From: Burkholderiales bacterium
Lineage (GTDB): Bacteria > Pseudomonadota > Gammaproteobacteria > Burkholderiales > JAEUOS01
Length of the DNA stretch: 44,006 nt
Assembly: GCA_031387185.1 (NCBI GenBank)
Contig: JANNCZ010000565.1
Span: 1-44,006, forward strand
Direction: 5' to 3'
Notes under the pieces: generated by a model
The model's database searches: none
Told to the model about the DNA's origin: nothing
The model's input: only the letters and a program-made list of their open reading frames with translations
Translations under genes and position numbers: made by a program
Shown here: piece after piece, positions 34,370 through 42,921 of the stretch
Layout: each line of letters begins with the position of its first letter
Numbering within the stretch: position 1 is the first letter of the stretch

Positions 34370-35248
34370 ATGCACATTGCCATCGCCGGAACCGGAAAAA
34401 TGGGCAGCGCCATGGCGCGCCGCCTGCTCGCGCTGGGGCACCAAGTGAGTGTGTGGAACCGCACGGCAGAGCGTGCGAAACCCTTGGTGGATGCGGGTTG
34501 CAGCCTGGTAACCGAGTTGGCCGCGTTACCCGCCGGCACCGATGCGGTGATTACCATGCTGACCGATGATGCGGCGCTCGACCAGGTCTACGCCGGCGGT
34601 TTGCTGGATAAGGCAGCAGGGCATTTGATCATCGACATGAGCACGGTAAAGCCGGACAAGCAGCGCGAAATTGGGGCACGCACGGCTGCGGCAGGAGCCT
34701 CTTACGTTGAGTGCCCGGTCGGCGGCACAGTGGGACCAGCGCTCGAAGGCAAGTTGCTCGGCTTTGCCGGAGGTGCCCAGGCTGATGTTGCACGCGCGCG
34801 GCCCTTGCTTGATCTGTTGTGCCGCCGTGTTGAACATGTCGGACCGCTTGGCGCGGGCGCGACGATGAAGCTTGCGATCAATTTGCCGCTGATGGTGTAC
34901 TGGCAGACGCTGGGCGAGGCGTTGTCGCTGATCGCACCGCTCGGGCTGGATCCGGCGCGGGTGATTGATATCTTTTCGGAAACCTCTGGCGGGCCGAACA
35001 TGCTCAAGGCGCGCGGGCCGAATATCGCCAAGGCGCTCGCCGGGCAGCCGGTGCCATTGACGGTGGAGTTGGCCACCATGCGCAAGGATGTGCGCACCAT
35101 GCTCGGCTACGGCGCAGCGCGCCAGTTGCGCCTGCCGCTCACCGAGGCCACACTCAAATCATTTGACACGGCGGCTAAGAAGGGTATGAACGCGGCTGAT
35201 TGCACCGAGTTGCCGGCGTGGTGGATCAAAGAGGGCAGCAAAACCTGA
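34370..35248 (+). CDS. NAD(P)-dependent beta-hydroxyacid dehydrogenase (3-hydroxyisobutyrate dehydrogenase family)
   Basis: The ATG at 34370 follows AGGAG. The Rossmann motif is MHIAIAGTGKMGSAMARRLLALGHQVSVWNRT. The mid-protein MSTVKP...YVECPVGG and GAGATMKLAINL are typical of the family. Confidence 0.88.
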   Translation: MHIAIAGTGKMGSAMARRLLALGHQVSVWNRTAERAKPLVDAGCSLVTELAALPAGTDAVITMLTDDAALDQVYAGGLLDKAAGHLIIDMSTVKPDKQREIGARTAAAGASYVECPVGGTVGPALEGKLLGFAGGAQADVARARPLLDLLCRRVEHVGPLGAGATMKLAINLPLMVYWQTLGEALSLIAPLGLDPARVIDIFSETSGGPNMLKARGPNIAKALAGQPVPLTVELATMRKDVRTMLGYGAARQLRLPLTEATLKSFDTAAKKGMNAADCTELPAWWIKEGSKT

Positions 35249-35366
35249 GCGAGAGCGAGGCCGATCGGTGCGGCGCAGCAGGGCGGAGCGCCCCTGCGCT
35301 TGGCAAACCTGATAATCTTTACCCGTTGGCAAAATAAATGACGTCAAAACCACAGGAGACAGTACG

Positions 35367-36638
35367 ATGAAAGACACTTCCACCAAAAACATCACGCGCC
35401 GCAAATTTGTGGCGGCAGCGGGCGCAGTCACCGCAAGTGCCGCATTGCCGTCTACCAGCTGGGCGCAGGGCGCACCCATCAAGATCGGCCTGTCGATTGC
35501 ACAAACCGGCCCGCTTGGCGCTGGTGGCAAGGCGGCGTTGATCGGCCAGCAGATGTGGCGCGACGATGTCAACGCCAAGGGCGGCCTGCTGGGCCGCAAG
35601 GTGGAATTGATCGTCTATGACGACCAGTCCAACCCCTCGATCACCCCCGGCATCTACACCAAGCTGCTCGACGTTGACAAGGTCGATCTGCTGATTGCGC
35701 CCTACGGCACCAACCCGACCGCACCCATCATGCCGCTGGTCAAACAGCGCGGCAAACTGCTGATGGGCAATTTTTCGTTTGAGGTCAACGACCGCATTCA
35801 GCACGACATGTGGTTCAACAATTCGCCGTGGAATGATGCGCTGAGCTGGTCAACCGGTTTCATGGGGCTGGGCATGAAGCGTGGCGCCAAGTCAATGGCC
35901 ATTCTCGCCGCCGATGCCGAATTCTCCGGCAACCTCGCGGCCGGCGCGCGCAGTCTGGCGACACACAACAACCTCAAGATTGTGTACGACCAGAAGTATC
36001 CGCCGAACACCAGCGACTTCTCGTCCATGATCCGTTCGCTCAAGGCGGCCAAGCCCGACATCGTGTTTGTGGCGTCCTATCCGGGCGAGTCGGTCGCGAT
36101 CGTGCGCGCAGTCAATGAAATTGGTGTCGGCGCCGATGTCAAATTGTTCGGTGGCGGCATGGTTGGCCTGCAATTCGCGCCAATCATGGAAAGCCTGGGC
36201 TCGCAGCTCAACGGCATCACCAATTACACCTCCTACGCGCCGGAGAAAACGGTGGACTTCCCCGGCCTCAAGGACTTTCTGACGCGCTACGCGGTCAGGG
36301 CCAAGGCCGAGAAGGTCGATCCGCTCGGCTTCTACCTGCCGCCGTTCAACTACGCGATTGGCCAGATGATTGAGGCTGCAGTCAATGCGACCAAGAGCAT
36401 TGACGACAAGACGATCGCCAAGTATTTGCGCGAGAACGAGCACAAGACCATCGTCGGCCCGATCAAGTTCCAGCGAAATGGCGAATGGGCCAGCGCACGC
36501 GTGCTGATGGTGCAGTTCAATGGCGTCAAGGACAAGGACGTCGAGCAATTCCGCCAGCCCGGCAAGCAGGTCATCCTGTACCCGGACAACTACAAGACCG
36601 GTGAACTCAAGTACCCGTTCGAGAAAGCGCGCAAGTAA
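35367..36638 (+). CDS. Periplasmic Leu/Ile/Val-type (LivK-family) ABC substrate-binding protein with Tat-like signal
   Basis: 423 aa with RBS AGGAGA. The signal is MKDTSTKNITRRKFVAAAGAVTASAALPSTSWA (twin-Arg). It continues APIKIGLSIAQTGPLGAGGKA, typical of type-I PBPs of the HAAT family. Confidence 0.92.
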   Translation: MKDTSTKNITRRKFVAAAGAVTASAALPSTSWAQGAPIKIGLSIAQTGPLGAGGKAALIGQQMWRDDVNAKGGLLGRKVELIVYDDQSNPSITPGIYTKLLDVDKVDLLIAPYGTNPTAPIMPLVKQRGKLLMGNFSFEVNDRIQHDMWFNNSPWNDALSWSTGFMGLGMKRGAKSMAILAADAEFSGNLAAGARSLATHNNLKIVYDQKYPPNTSDFSSMIRSLKAAKPDIVFVASYPGESVAIVRAVNEIGVGADVKLFGGGMVGLQFAPIMESLGSQLNGITNYTSYAPEKTVDFPGLKDFLTRYAVRAKAEKVDPLGFYLPPFNYAIGQMIEAAVNATKSIDDKTIAKYLRENEHKTIVGPIKFQRNGEWASARVLMVQFNGVKDKDVEQFRQPGKQVILYPDNYKTGELKYPFEKARK

Positions 36639-36658
36639 CGCGCCATGCACTTGCCGGC

Positions 36659-36686
36659 GGGGCGCAGCCGTGCGCCCCTCTTTTTT
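36659..36686 (+). terminator. Rho-independent terminator/attenuator after the binding-protein gene
   Basis: GGGGCGCA-gccg-TGCGCCCC is a perfect 8-bp GC stem followed by TCTTTTTT, 21 nt after the stop codon. Confidence 0.78.
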
Positions 36687-36756
36687 GGCGGGTCGGTTCT
36701 GTGACCACCATGGTGCTTGATCTTTCTTTGCTTTCCGTGCGTTTCTTGATGGGTGG

Positions 36757-37638
36757 ATGATCGTGTTCTCCTGGGATTTGCTGATTGGAGCGCTGGTGTT
36801 TGGCGTGCTGGTGGGCTGCTTTTATGCGGCGGTGTCGATTGGCCTGTCGGTTTCGTTCGGGTTGCTCGATGTGCCGCACATTGCGCATCCGTCCTTCCTC
36901 GTGGCGGGGGCCTACGGCACCTGGTGGCTGAGCGGACTGGGCCTCGATCCGATACTCTCCGGGTTGATTCTGGCACCGCTGTTTTTTGTGATTGGCGTGG
37001 TGATGTACCGGCTCTATTACGCCATGTTCGAAAAGCATGGCAGCGATGCCGGGCTGCGCGGACTGGCCTTTTTTTTCGGCGTGGCCTTCATCATTGAGGT
37101 GTGTTTGATCCTCGCCTTTGGCGTGGACCAGCGCCTGGTCGAGGCGGTGTACATCGGCAAAAGCATTGATGTCACCGACGATTTGCGGGTGCCGATCCGG
37201 CTGCTGGTGGGGTTTGCGGTGGCGCTGGCGCTCACCATTGGCCTGACGCTGTATCTGGGCAAGACCTACATGGGGCGCGCCATCAAGGCGGTGGCGCAGG
37301 ACCAGATCGCGCTGTCGTTGATGGGCGCAGACCCGGTCAAGGTCAAGCAGTGGGCGTTTGGCATCGCCACCGCCGTGACCGCCATCGCTGGCGCGCTGCT
37401 CATCATTATTGGCCCGGTGGATCCGCAACTGGGGCGGATCTACATCGGCCGCACTTTTTGTGTGGTGGTGCTGGCGGGCCTGGGCAGCATGAGCGGCACG
37501 CTGGTGGCGGGCATCATTCTCGGTGTCGCCGAAACCATTGTGCTGACATTTTTTGGCGCGTCATGGGCGCCAGCGGTGGCATTTGGCCTGCTGCTGGTGA
37601 TGCTGGGTGTGCGGCCGCAAGGCCTCTTTGGCCGTTGA
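36757..37638 (+). CDS. Branched-chain amino acid ABC transporter permease (LivH family)
   Basis: 293-aa polytopic membrane ORF with MIVFSWDLLIGALVFGVLVGCFYAAVSIGLSVSFGLLDVPHIAH and KAVAQDQIALSLMGADP. Confidence 0.92.
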   Translation: MIVFSWDLLIGALVFGVLVGCFYAAVSIGLSVSFGLLDVPHIAHPSFLVAGAYGTWWLSGLGLDPILSGLILAPLFFVIGVVMYRLYYAMFEKHGSDAGLRGLAFFFGVAFIIEVCLILAFGVDQRLVEAVYIGKSIDVTDDLRVPIRLLVGFAVALALTIGLTLYLGKTYMGRAIKAVAQDQIALSLMGADPVKVKQWAFGIATAVTAIAGALLIIIGPVDPQLGRIYIGRTFCVVVLAGLGSMSGTLVAGIILGVAETIVLTFFGASWAPAVAFGLLLVMLGVRPQGLFGR

Positions 37639-37671
37639 ACCGGCAATCACTGGACGGGGCGGGACAGGGCG

Positions 37672-38709
37672 ATGAGCAGCATGGGCGGCAATAACAGGAT
37701 ATTTGTGATCGGGTCTCTGGCCGTGGTGCTGGCCAGCATCGCCTTGATGGCCGGGGTGAAAACCGACTACGTGTTTACCGCGTCCTACGTGGTGTTGCAG
37801 TTCGTGGTGCTGGCGACTGCCTGGAACATACTGGGCGGCTATGCGGGCTACGTCAATTTCGGCACCAGCGCGTTCTTTGCGCTGGGCGGCTATACGGCGT
37901 TGCTGACGATCAAGCTGTTCGACGCGCCGCTGCTGGTGCAGATCGTCGCGGCGGCCTGCCTGACCGGCACGCTGGGGCTGTTGATCGGCTTGATCTCGCT
38001 GCGTCTCAAGGGTATTTTCTTTTCGATTGGCACGGTCGCGGTCTCGATCATTTTTGAGACCATCATCCTCAACATGGACTATCTGGGTGGTGCCAAGGGC
38101 GTGCAGATGCTGCGGCCCGAGCCCATGGCGCCGTTTGCCAGCTACGACAAGATGCTGTTTTTTGTCATGGTGCTGATGGCGATTGCAGCGGTAGCGATCG
38201 CGCGCTATATCCAGAACTCCTGGATCGGCCGCGGTCTGCGCGCGATCAAGGACAACGAAGAGGCAGCCGAGTGCGCCGGGGTGCCGACGCTCAAGCTCAA
38301 GTTGATTGCCACCGTGGTGTCGGGTGCGCTGATGGGCGCAGCGGGGGCGCCGCTGGTGATGTACATGCGCTTCATCGAGCCGGTGAGTGCCTTCAGCCTC
38401 AACTACTCGGTGTCAGCATTGGCAATGCCGATCATCGGCGGCACCTCGTCGTGGATCGGACCGGTGATTGGCGCCTTGCTCCTGGGCACGGTGCAACAGG
38501 TGGTGACGGTGACGATCTCGTCGGAACTCAACGTGCTGATTGTGGGTGTGTTGCTGGTGTTTTTTGTGGTGGTGGCGCCGGACGGCATTCTGGGTCTGTT
38601 GCGCAAGCTGCGCGACAAGAGCAAAGGCAAGGACAAGGCAGGCAAGGCGCAGGTGGGCAAGGCGCAGGCAGGCAACGTCAACAGCGGCGTGGCGGGAGCG
38701 GCCAAATGA
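37672..38709 (+). CDS. Branched-chain amino acid ABC transporter permease (LivM family) with Lys-rich C-terminal tail
   Basis: 345-aa polytopic ORF with WNILGGYAGYVNFGTSAFFALGGY and GRGLRAIKDNEEAAECAGV. The tail is RKLRDKSKGKDKAGKAQVGKAQAGNVNSG. Confidence 0.92.
   Translation: MSSMGGNNRIFVIGSLAVVLASIALMAGVKTDYVFTASYVVLQFVVLATAWNILGGYAGYVNFGTSAFFALGGYTALLTIKLFDAPLLVQIVAAACLTGTLGLLIGLISLRLKGIFFSIGTVAVSIIFETIILNMDYLGGAKGVQMLRPEPMAPFASYDKMLFFVMVLMAIAAVAIARYIQNSWIGRGLRAIKDNEEAAECAGVPTLKLKLIATVVSGALMGAAGAPLVMYMRFIEPVSAFSLNYSVSALAMPIIGGTSSWIGPVIGALLLGTVQQVVTVTISSELNVLIVGVLLVFFVVVAPDGILGLLRKLRDKSKGKDKAGKAQVGKAQAGNVNSGVAGAAK
38641..38670 (+). repeat. 15-bp in-frame tandem repeat (GGCAAGGCGCAGGTG / GGCAAGGCGCAGGCA) in the livM-like tail
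   Basis: Read directly from the sequence; it encodes GKAQV GKAQA. Confidence 0.85.
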
Positions 38710-39431
38710 GCGCCCTGCTCTCGGTCGCCGGTGTCTCCAAGCATTTTGGCGGCTTCACCGCGCTTTCCAACATTAATCTCGATGTCAGGCAGGGCGAGCG
38801 TCTCGGTTTGATCGGGCCAAATGGCTCGGGCAAGACAACACTCATCAACTGCGTGTCCGGCGCGTTAAAGAATGATGCCGGCACCGTCACTTTCAAAAAT
38901 GAGAATCTCAACGGCCTGGCGCCGCATCAGCGCACCCGGCGTGGCATTGCGCGTTCGTTCCAGATTCCGCGCCCGTTTCACAGCATGACGCCGGTTGAAA
39001 ACCTTGCGGTGCCGCTCGAATATGTCACCTATCGCGGCGTCGCACACAAACATGACATCGTCGGTGAAGCCGAAAATATTCTGCGCGACATGGGGCTGGG
39101 CGACAAGATGCACGCGTCGTGCGCCGGCTTGTCGCAGGTCGAACTGCGCAAGCTCGAACTGGCGCGTGCGATGGCGGCGCGCCCGGCCTTGCTGATTTCA
39201 GACGAAGCGATGGCGGGTCTGTCGCACGGCGAAATCGACGAGGTGCTCGGCATCCTGTTCAAGCTCTCGAAAACCGGCATCACCATCATCATGATTGAAC
39301 ACATCATGCACGCCATCATGCGCTTCTCCGAGCGCGTCATTTGTCTCGACGCCGGCCAATTGATCGCCGAAGGCGCACCTGCCGACATCGTGAAGAACCC
39401 CGAAGTGCGGAGGGCTTATCTTGGCGCTTGA
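38706..39431 (+). CDS. Branched-chain amino acid ABC transporter ATP-binding protein (LivG family)
   Basis: The ATG overlaps the permease stop (ATGA). The sequence is MSALLSVAGVSKHFGGFTALSNINLDV..GLIGPNGSGKTTL (Walker A), with signature LSQVELRKLELARA and Walker B LLISDEAMAGL. Confidence 0.92.
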   Translation: MSALLSVAGVSKHFGGFTALSNINLDVRQGERLGLIGPNGSGKTTLINCVSGALKNDAGTVTFKNENLNGLAPHQRTRRGIARSFQIPRPFHSMTPVENLAVPLEYVTYRGVAHKHDIVGEAENILRDMGLGDKMHASCAGLSQVELRKLELARAMAARPALLISDEAMAGLSHGEIDEVLGILFKLSKTGITIIMIEHIMHAIMRFSERVICLDAGQLIAEGAPADIVKNPEVRRAYLGA

Positions 39432-40152
39432 ACTCACCATTACCGGCCTCGAAGCCGGCTACGGCGCGGTGCGCGCGTTGCAGGGTGTGTCGCTCAGCGT
39501 GCGCGAGGGCGAGACGGTGGCTCTGCTCGGCACCAACGGCAATGGCAAGAGCACGCTGATGAAATGCCTCACCGGTCTGGTACGGCCCACTGCCGGCAGC
39601 ATCACGCTCAAGCTTGATGGCGTGGAGCACAACCTGATCGGCAAAGGTCCGCAGGAGATTGTCGATCTGGGTGTGGCGATGGTGGCAGAGGGCCGCCGCT
39701 TGTTTCCGCGCCTGACGGTGGAAGAGAACCTCTACCTCGGTGCTTACCGTCCGCTGGCGCGCGCTGAACTCAACAAGAACCTGGACTTCTGCTACACCAC
39801 CTTCCCGATCCTCAAGGAGCGCCGCAAGCAACTAGCCGGCAGCATGTCGGGTGGGCAGCAGCAGATGGTGGCGATTGCCCGGGCGCTGATGTCGGCACCC
39901 AAGCTGCTGCTGGTCGATGAGCCCTCGGTTGGCCTGTCACCACTGCTGGTGACCCAGACCATCGAAAAAATCGGCGAGCTCAATCGCCAGCACGGCATGA
40001 CGGTGCTGATGGCCGAGCAGAATTTTCACCAGACCATCAAGATTGCGCACCGCGGCTACGTGCTGGTGCACGGCGAGATCGCATTCGAGAGTAGCAATGT
40101 GTCCGAGCTCGAGAACAACGAGATGGTGAAAAACCTCTATCTGGGCGCGTAA
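39421..40152 (+). CDS. Branched-chain amino acid ABC transporter ATP-binding protein (LivF family)
   Basis: 243 aa. The TTG start overlaps the livG-like stop by 11 nt. Motifs are LLGTNGNGKSTL (Walker A), MSGGQQQMVAIARAL (signature) and LLLVDEPSVGLSP (Walker B). Confidence 0.9.
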   Translation: MALELTITGLEAGYGAVRALQGVSLSVREGETVALLGTNGNGKSTLMKCLTGLVRPTAGSITLKLDGVEHNLIGKGPQEIVDLGVAMVAEGRRLFPRLTVEENLYLGAYRPLARAELNKNLDFCYTTFPILKERRKQLAGSMSGGQQQMVAIARALMSAPKLLLVDEPSVGLSPLLVTQTIEKIGELNRQHGMTVLMAEQNFHQTIKIAHRGYVLVHGEIAFESSNVSELENNEMVKNLYLGA

Positions 40153-40171
40153 TTTCGCCCAGAGACACAAA

Positions 40172-40202
40172 CCTGAAAGCCTTGGTGAGAGCAGCTTTCA
40201 GG
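40172..40202. terminator. Hairpin (9-bp stem CCTGAAAGC / GCTTTCAGG, 13-nt loop) after the ABC operon
   Basis: It is a perfect inverted repeat 20 nt after the livF-like stop, in a convergent gap. There is no U-tract, so it is only a weak terminator candidate. Confidence 0.3.
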
Positions 40203-40281
40203 CCGTTGGATACCGAAGAGGCGCATCCACCAAGGGTTTTGGGCCGGTGGCCTTGCCGGTTTTCAGGTGGCCGCCCCGGAC

Positions 40282-40479
40282 TCAGCGCGGGATGGCCTGG
40301 TTCAGTGCCGGCATCACTTTTTCGGCCATCAACTCCATCGAGCGCTTGCCCAGCTTCGCATCCGCCCAGTCGATGGCGCAATAAAGCAGGGTGCCGAAGT
40401 CGCCGATCTGTTCGCGAAATGCGAGGTGTTGTTCCGTCACCTGTTCCGGCGTACCAGCAATGACGAGATCATCGGCCAC
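40282..40479 (-). pseudogene. C-terminal fragment of a luciferase-like (LLM-class) flavin monooxygenase
   Basis: The 65-aa ORF ADDLVIAGTPEQVTEQHLAFREQIGDFGTLLYCAIDWADAKLGKRSMELMAEKVMPAL resembles the last about 60 residues of LLM oxidoreductases (IAGTPEQV...FGTLL...RS.EL.A.EV.P). The whole TIM-barrel body is missing. The fragment starts 1 nt from the stop of the thioesterase gene. Confidence 0.55.
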
Positions 40480-40480
40480 G

Positions 40481-40957
40481 CTACCGCCGCGTGCTCGCAG
40501 AAATCACTTTGAACGTTCCACTTGCGCGAGCTATCAGACCGGCCGCCGTTCGAATAAGACATTGCGCGACAACAATGGAATGCGTCGCGCGCAGAACTTC
40601 CACCTCTCCCTCCACCCAGTCGCCCTCGCGGGCCGGTGAGAGAAAGTCAACTTGCAGGCTCATCGAAGGCAATTGACAACCACGAAGATCTGAACGCAGG
40701 CATTGCGCGACGATCGGCATGAGCATGTCGCAAAAGGTCGCCAGCATGCCTCCGTGGCAACTCCCCATTGGGTTCAGGTGGCGCCCCTCAACCCTGAAGC
40801 CCAAGCGTACCGGGTTCGCGTCCGTCTCGAAAATATAGAGAGGACTGCAATGAAGAGCGAACGGTCCGGTGTCCGCGTCCGCTACGCGTACGAAGCCATG
40901 CGGAACACTGTTGATCGGTCGTTGCGTGTCTGCCTGCTCACCCATCTGAGCGGTCAT
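40481..40957 (-). CDS. PaaI/hotdog-fold thioesterase
   Basis: The ATG at 40957 lies 2 nt after the Bug gene stop. Motifs are NPMGSCHGGMLATFCDMLM (the PaaI-type HGG motif) and the C-terminal GDWVEGEVEVLRATHSIVVAQCLIRTAAGLIARASGTFKV. Confidence 0.8.
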   Translation of the reverse strand: MTAQMGEQADTQRPINSVPHGFVRVADADTGPFALHCSPLYIFETDANPVRLGFRVEGRHLNPMGSCHGGMLATFCDMLMPIVAQCLRSDLRGCQLPSMSLQVDFLSPAREGDWVEGEVEVLRATHSIVVAQCLIRTAAGLIARASGTFKVISASTRR

Positions 40958-40959
40958 GG

Positions 40960-41952
40960 CTATTGAACCGTGCCTTTGAACCCGGATTCCTCGACGACCC
41001 GCTTCCACTTTGGTATTTCATCGTTCAGGAGCTTCGCCATCTCGCCTGGGGTGGAACCAACCACAATGAAGCCGACTTCGACCAGTTTCTGGGCCATGAC
41101 AGGATCCTTCGCCAGGTCTCGAATGGCATTGCCAACACGGGTGATCACTGCTGGCGGTGTTCCTGCCGGCGCAAGCAGCGCAAACCATCCCGCAAACTTC
41201 AGCTCGGCAAAACCGGCTTCGCCTGCCGTTGGTACGTCCGGGAGAAGTTTCGAACGCGATTCGCCGGTCTGGGCCAGGGCTGCGATCTTTCCGCCCTTCA
41301 ATTGTGCTGACGCAAATGCCACCGACACAAACGCGCCTTCAACGTCGGCATTGGCAAGCGCCGTTAGGCCATCTCCCACTTGGCGGAAGTGGACCGGTTC
41401 GATTGGAAACATCGCTCTTTGCGAGAAAAGTTCGGCTCCAATATGCCCGGGGGAGCCGCCACCAAACGTCCCGACGAAGACTTTGCCCGGGCTCTTCTTC
41501 GCTTTTTCCACGAAGTCGGCGAGGGATTTGTAGTTGCGCTTTGCGGGAACGATCCAGACGAATTCGGTGCGCGCAACTTCGGAGATGGGCACAAAGTCCT
41601 TGACGCCGTTGTAAGCGGTTTTGAAGGCGAATGGCGCAATTGCGATCGACCCGACTTCACCCAGAAGGATCTGATAGCCATCTGGGGCGCTCTTGGCGAC
41701 AGCTGTTGCGGCAATTTGTCCGCCAGCCCCGCTCTTGTTGTCGACGATGACGCTTGTGTTCAGGACCTTTCCCAGTGGTTCGGCGATGTGGCGCGCAAGA
41801 ATGTCGGGAGCAGTGCCAGGGGCGAAGCCCACGACCAGGGTGATCGCCTTATCAGGGTATGCCGTCTGAGAATGCGCACTGGCGGCGCAAAGCGCGGCAA
41901 TGAAGCACAGAGCTTTTGCCGTGCTCATCCGGACAAGCGAATTTGGTTTCAT
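40960..41952 (-). CDS. Bug/TctC-family tripartite tricarboxylate transporter substrate-binding protein
   Basis: 330 aa. The signal peptide is MKPNSLVRMSTAKALCFIAALCAASAHS. It continues AYPDKAITLVVGFAPGTAPDILARHIAEPL...VIVDNKSGAGGQIA, typical of the Bug family. Confidence 0.9.
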   Translation of the reverse strand: MKPNSLVRMSTAKALCFIAALCAASAHSQTAYPDKAITLVVGFAPGTAPDILARHIAEPLGKVLNTSVIVDNKSGAGGQIAATAVAKSAPDGYQILLGEVGSIAIAPFAFKTAYNGVKDFVPISEVARTEFVWIVPAKRNYKSLADFVEKAKKSPGKVFVGTFGGGSPGHIGAELFSQRAMFPIEPVHFRQVGDGLTALANADVEGAFVSVAFASAQLKGGKIAALAQTGESRSKLLPDVPTAGEAGFAELKFAGWFALLAPAGTPPAVITRVGNAIRDLAKDPVMAQKLVEVGFIVVGSTPGEMAKLLNDEIPKWKRVVEESGFKGTVQ

Positions 41953-42890
41953 CAGTACTCTCCTTGGGTTAATGGATCTCTCTTACCTTGGTACTGGCTC
42001 TCCCACATACCAAGAATTTCGCTTGCGCGAAGCGTTGCCTTGGAAGCGCCGACGCCTTGCCCGGTACTCCAGATTTCTTTCCAGGGCTTGGCCGACATGC
42101 CAGCCGGTTCAATGCCGTGGAACCCGCCGGCTGATTTGTCCGGATCAATGTTCCACTTCGTCAAACTGGCCTTTAGAATGTTTGACGGAATGCCAGTTAC
42201 GGCGCGGGTCAGTACAACGTCATCCGCATGCGCCACGTGCACCTCGTGGCGGTATTCGTCAGAGGCAAGACTCTCCTTGGCAACGATGAAAGGCGTGCCG
42301 GCATAGCCCAAGTCAGCGCCAAGAATCTCCAACGCACGCAGTGCTTTGCCGGAGTTGACGCAGCCTGCGACTGCGAGCGGCCCGTCGTAGAAGGTGCGAA
42401 GCTCCGAGACAAAGGCGAATGGATTCAGCCAGCCGGTATTTCCTCCAGCACCAGCGCAAAGAAGAATGAGCCCGTCGACCCCTGCGTCGATTGCCAACCG
42501 GGCATGCCGAATAGTCGCAACATCAGACAGCACCCGTCCGCCGTAGGCGTGTACGCGCGCAACAACGCTGGCCGGGCTGCCTATGCTGGTGATCACCCAA
42601 GGTACCTCGTGCTTCACGATCAGGTCAAGATCTGCCTGCATCCTCGCGTACTTGTTGTGCACAATCAAATTGATGGCAAAGGTGCCTGGCGCGGCTGAGG
42701 TCTCTCGCCGGATGCGCAACAACCAGCGTTCAAGCGTGTCCAAATCTCTCGCATTCAGGGTTGGCATGGCGCCGACAACCCCCCAGTTCGCAGCACTTAT
42801 CACCAAGTCGGGCCCCGAGACCAGAAACATGGGCGCAACGATCAGGGGCAGGCGCAACGCGGCGAAACTGGCTTGCGTGGCAGTTTTCAT
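41952..42890 (-). CDS. Nitronate monooxygenase (NMO / 2-nitropropane dioxygenase-like, FMN-dependent)
   Basis: 312 aa. Motifs are LRLPLIVAPMFLVSGPDLVISAANWGVVG, GVDGLILLCAGAGGNTG and GADLGYAGTPF. Its stop overlaps the Bug start by 1 nt (TGATG). Confidence 0.88.
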   Translation of the reverse strand: MKTATQASFAALRLPLIVAPMFLVSGPDLVISAANWGVVGAMPTLNARDLDTLERWLLRIRRETSAAPGTFAINLIVHNKYARMQADLDLIVKHEVPWVITSIGSPASVVARVHAYGGRVLSDVATIRHARLAIDAGVDGLILLCAGAGGNTGWLNPFAFVSELRTFYDGPLAVAGCVNSGKALRALEILGADLGYAGTPFIVAKESLASDEYRHEVHVAHADDVVLTRAVTGIPSNILKASLTKWNIDPDKSAGGFHGIEPAGMSAKPWKEIWSTGQGVGASKATLRASEILGMWESQYQGKRDPLTQGEY

Positions 42891-42921
42891 TTTGAATTCC
42901 GCTGCAATGGAAACGTGCTTT

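Noticed and set aside
35249-35366. Imperfect GC-rich inverted repeat (GCGCAGCAGGGCGGAGCGCCCCTGCGC) after the dehydrogenase gene as a terminator
   Set aside because: The stem is interrupted and there is no U-tract, so I could not support it as a terminator without folding energy calculations.
38271-38705. 145-codon N-terminal extension of the livG-like ORF
   Set aside because: It lies wholly inside the livM-like permease gene in another frame and is Arg/Gly-rich. The ATG at 38706 gives the canonical MSALLSV..GVSKHFGG start and an ATGA overlap with the permease stop.
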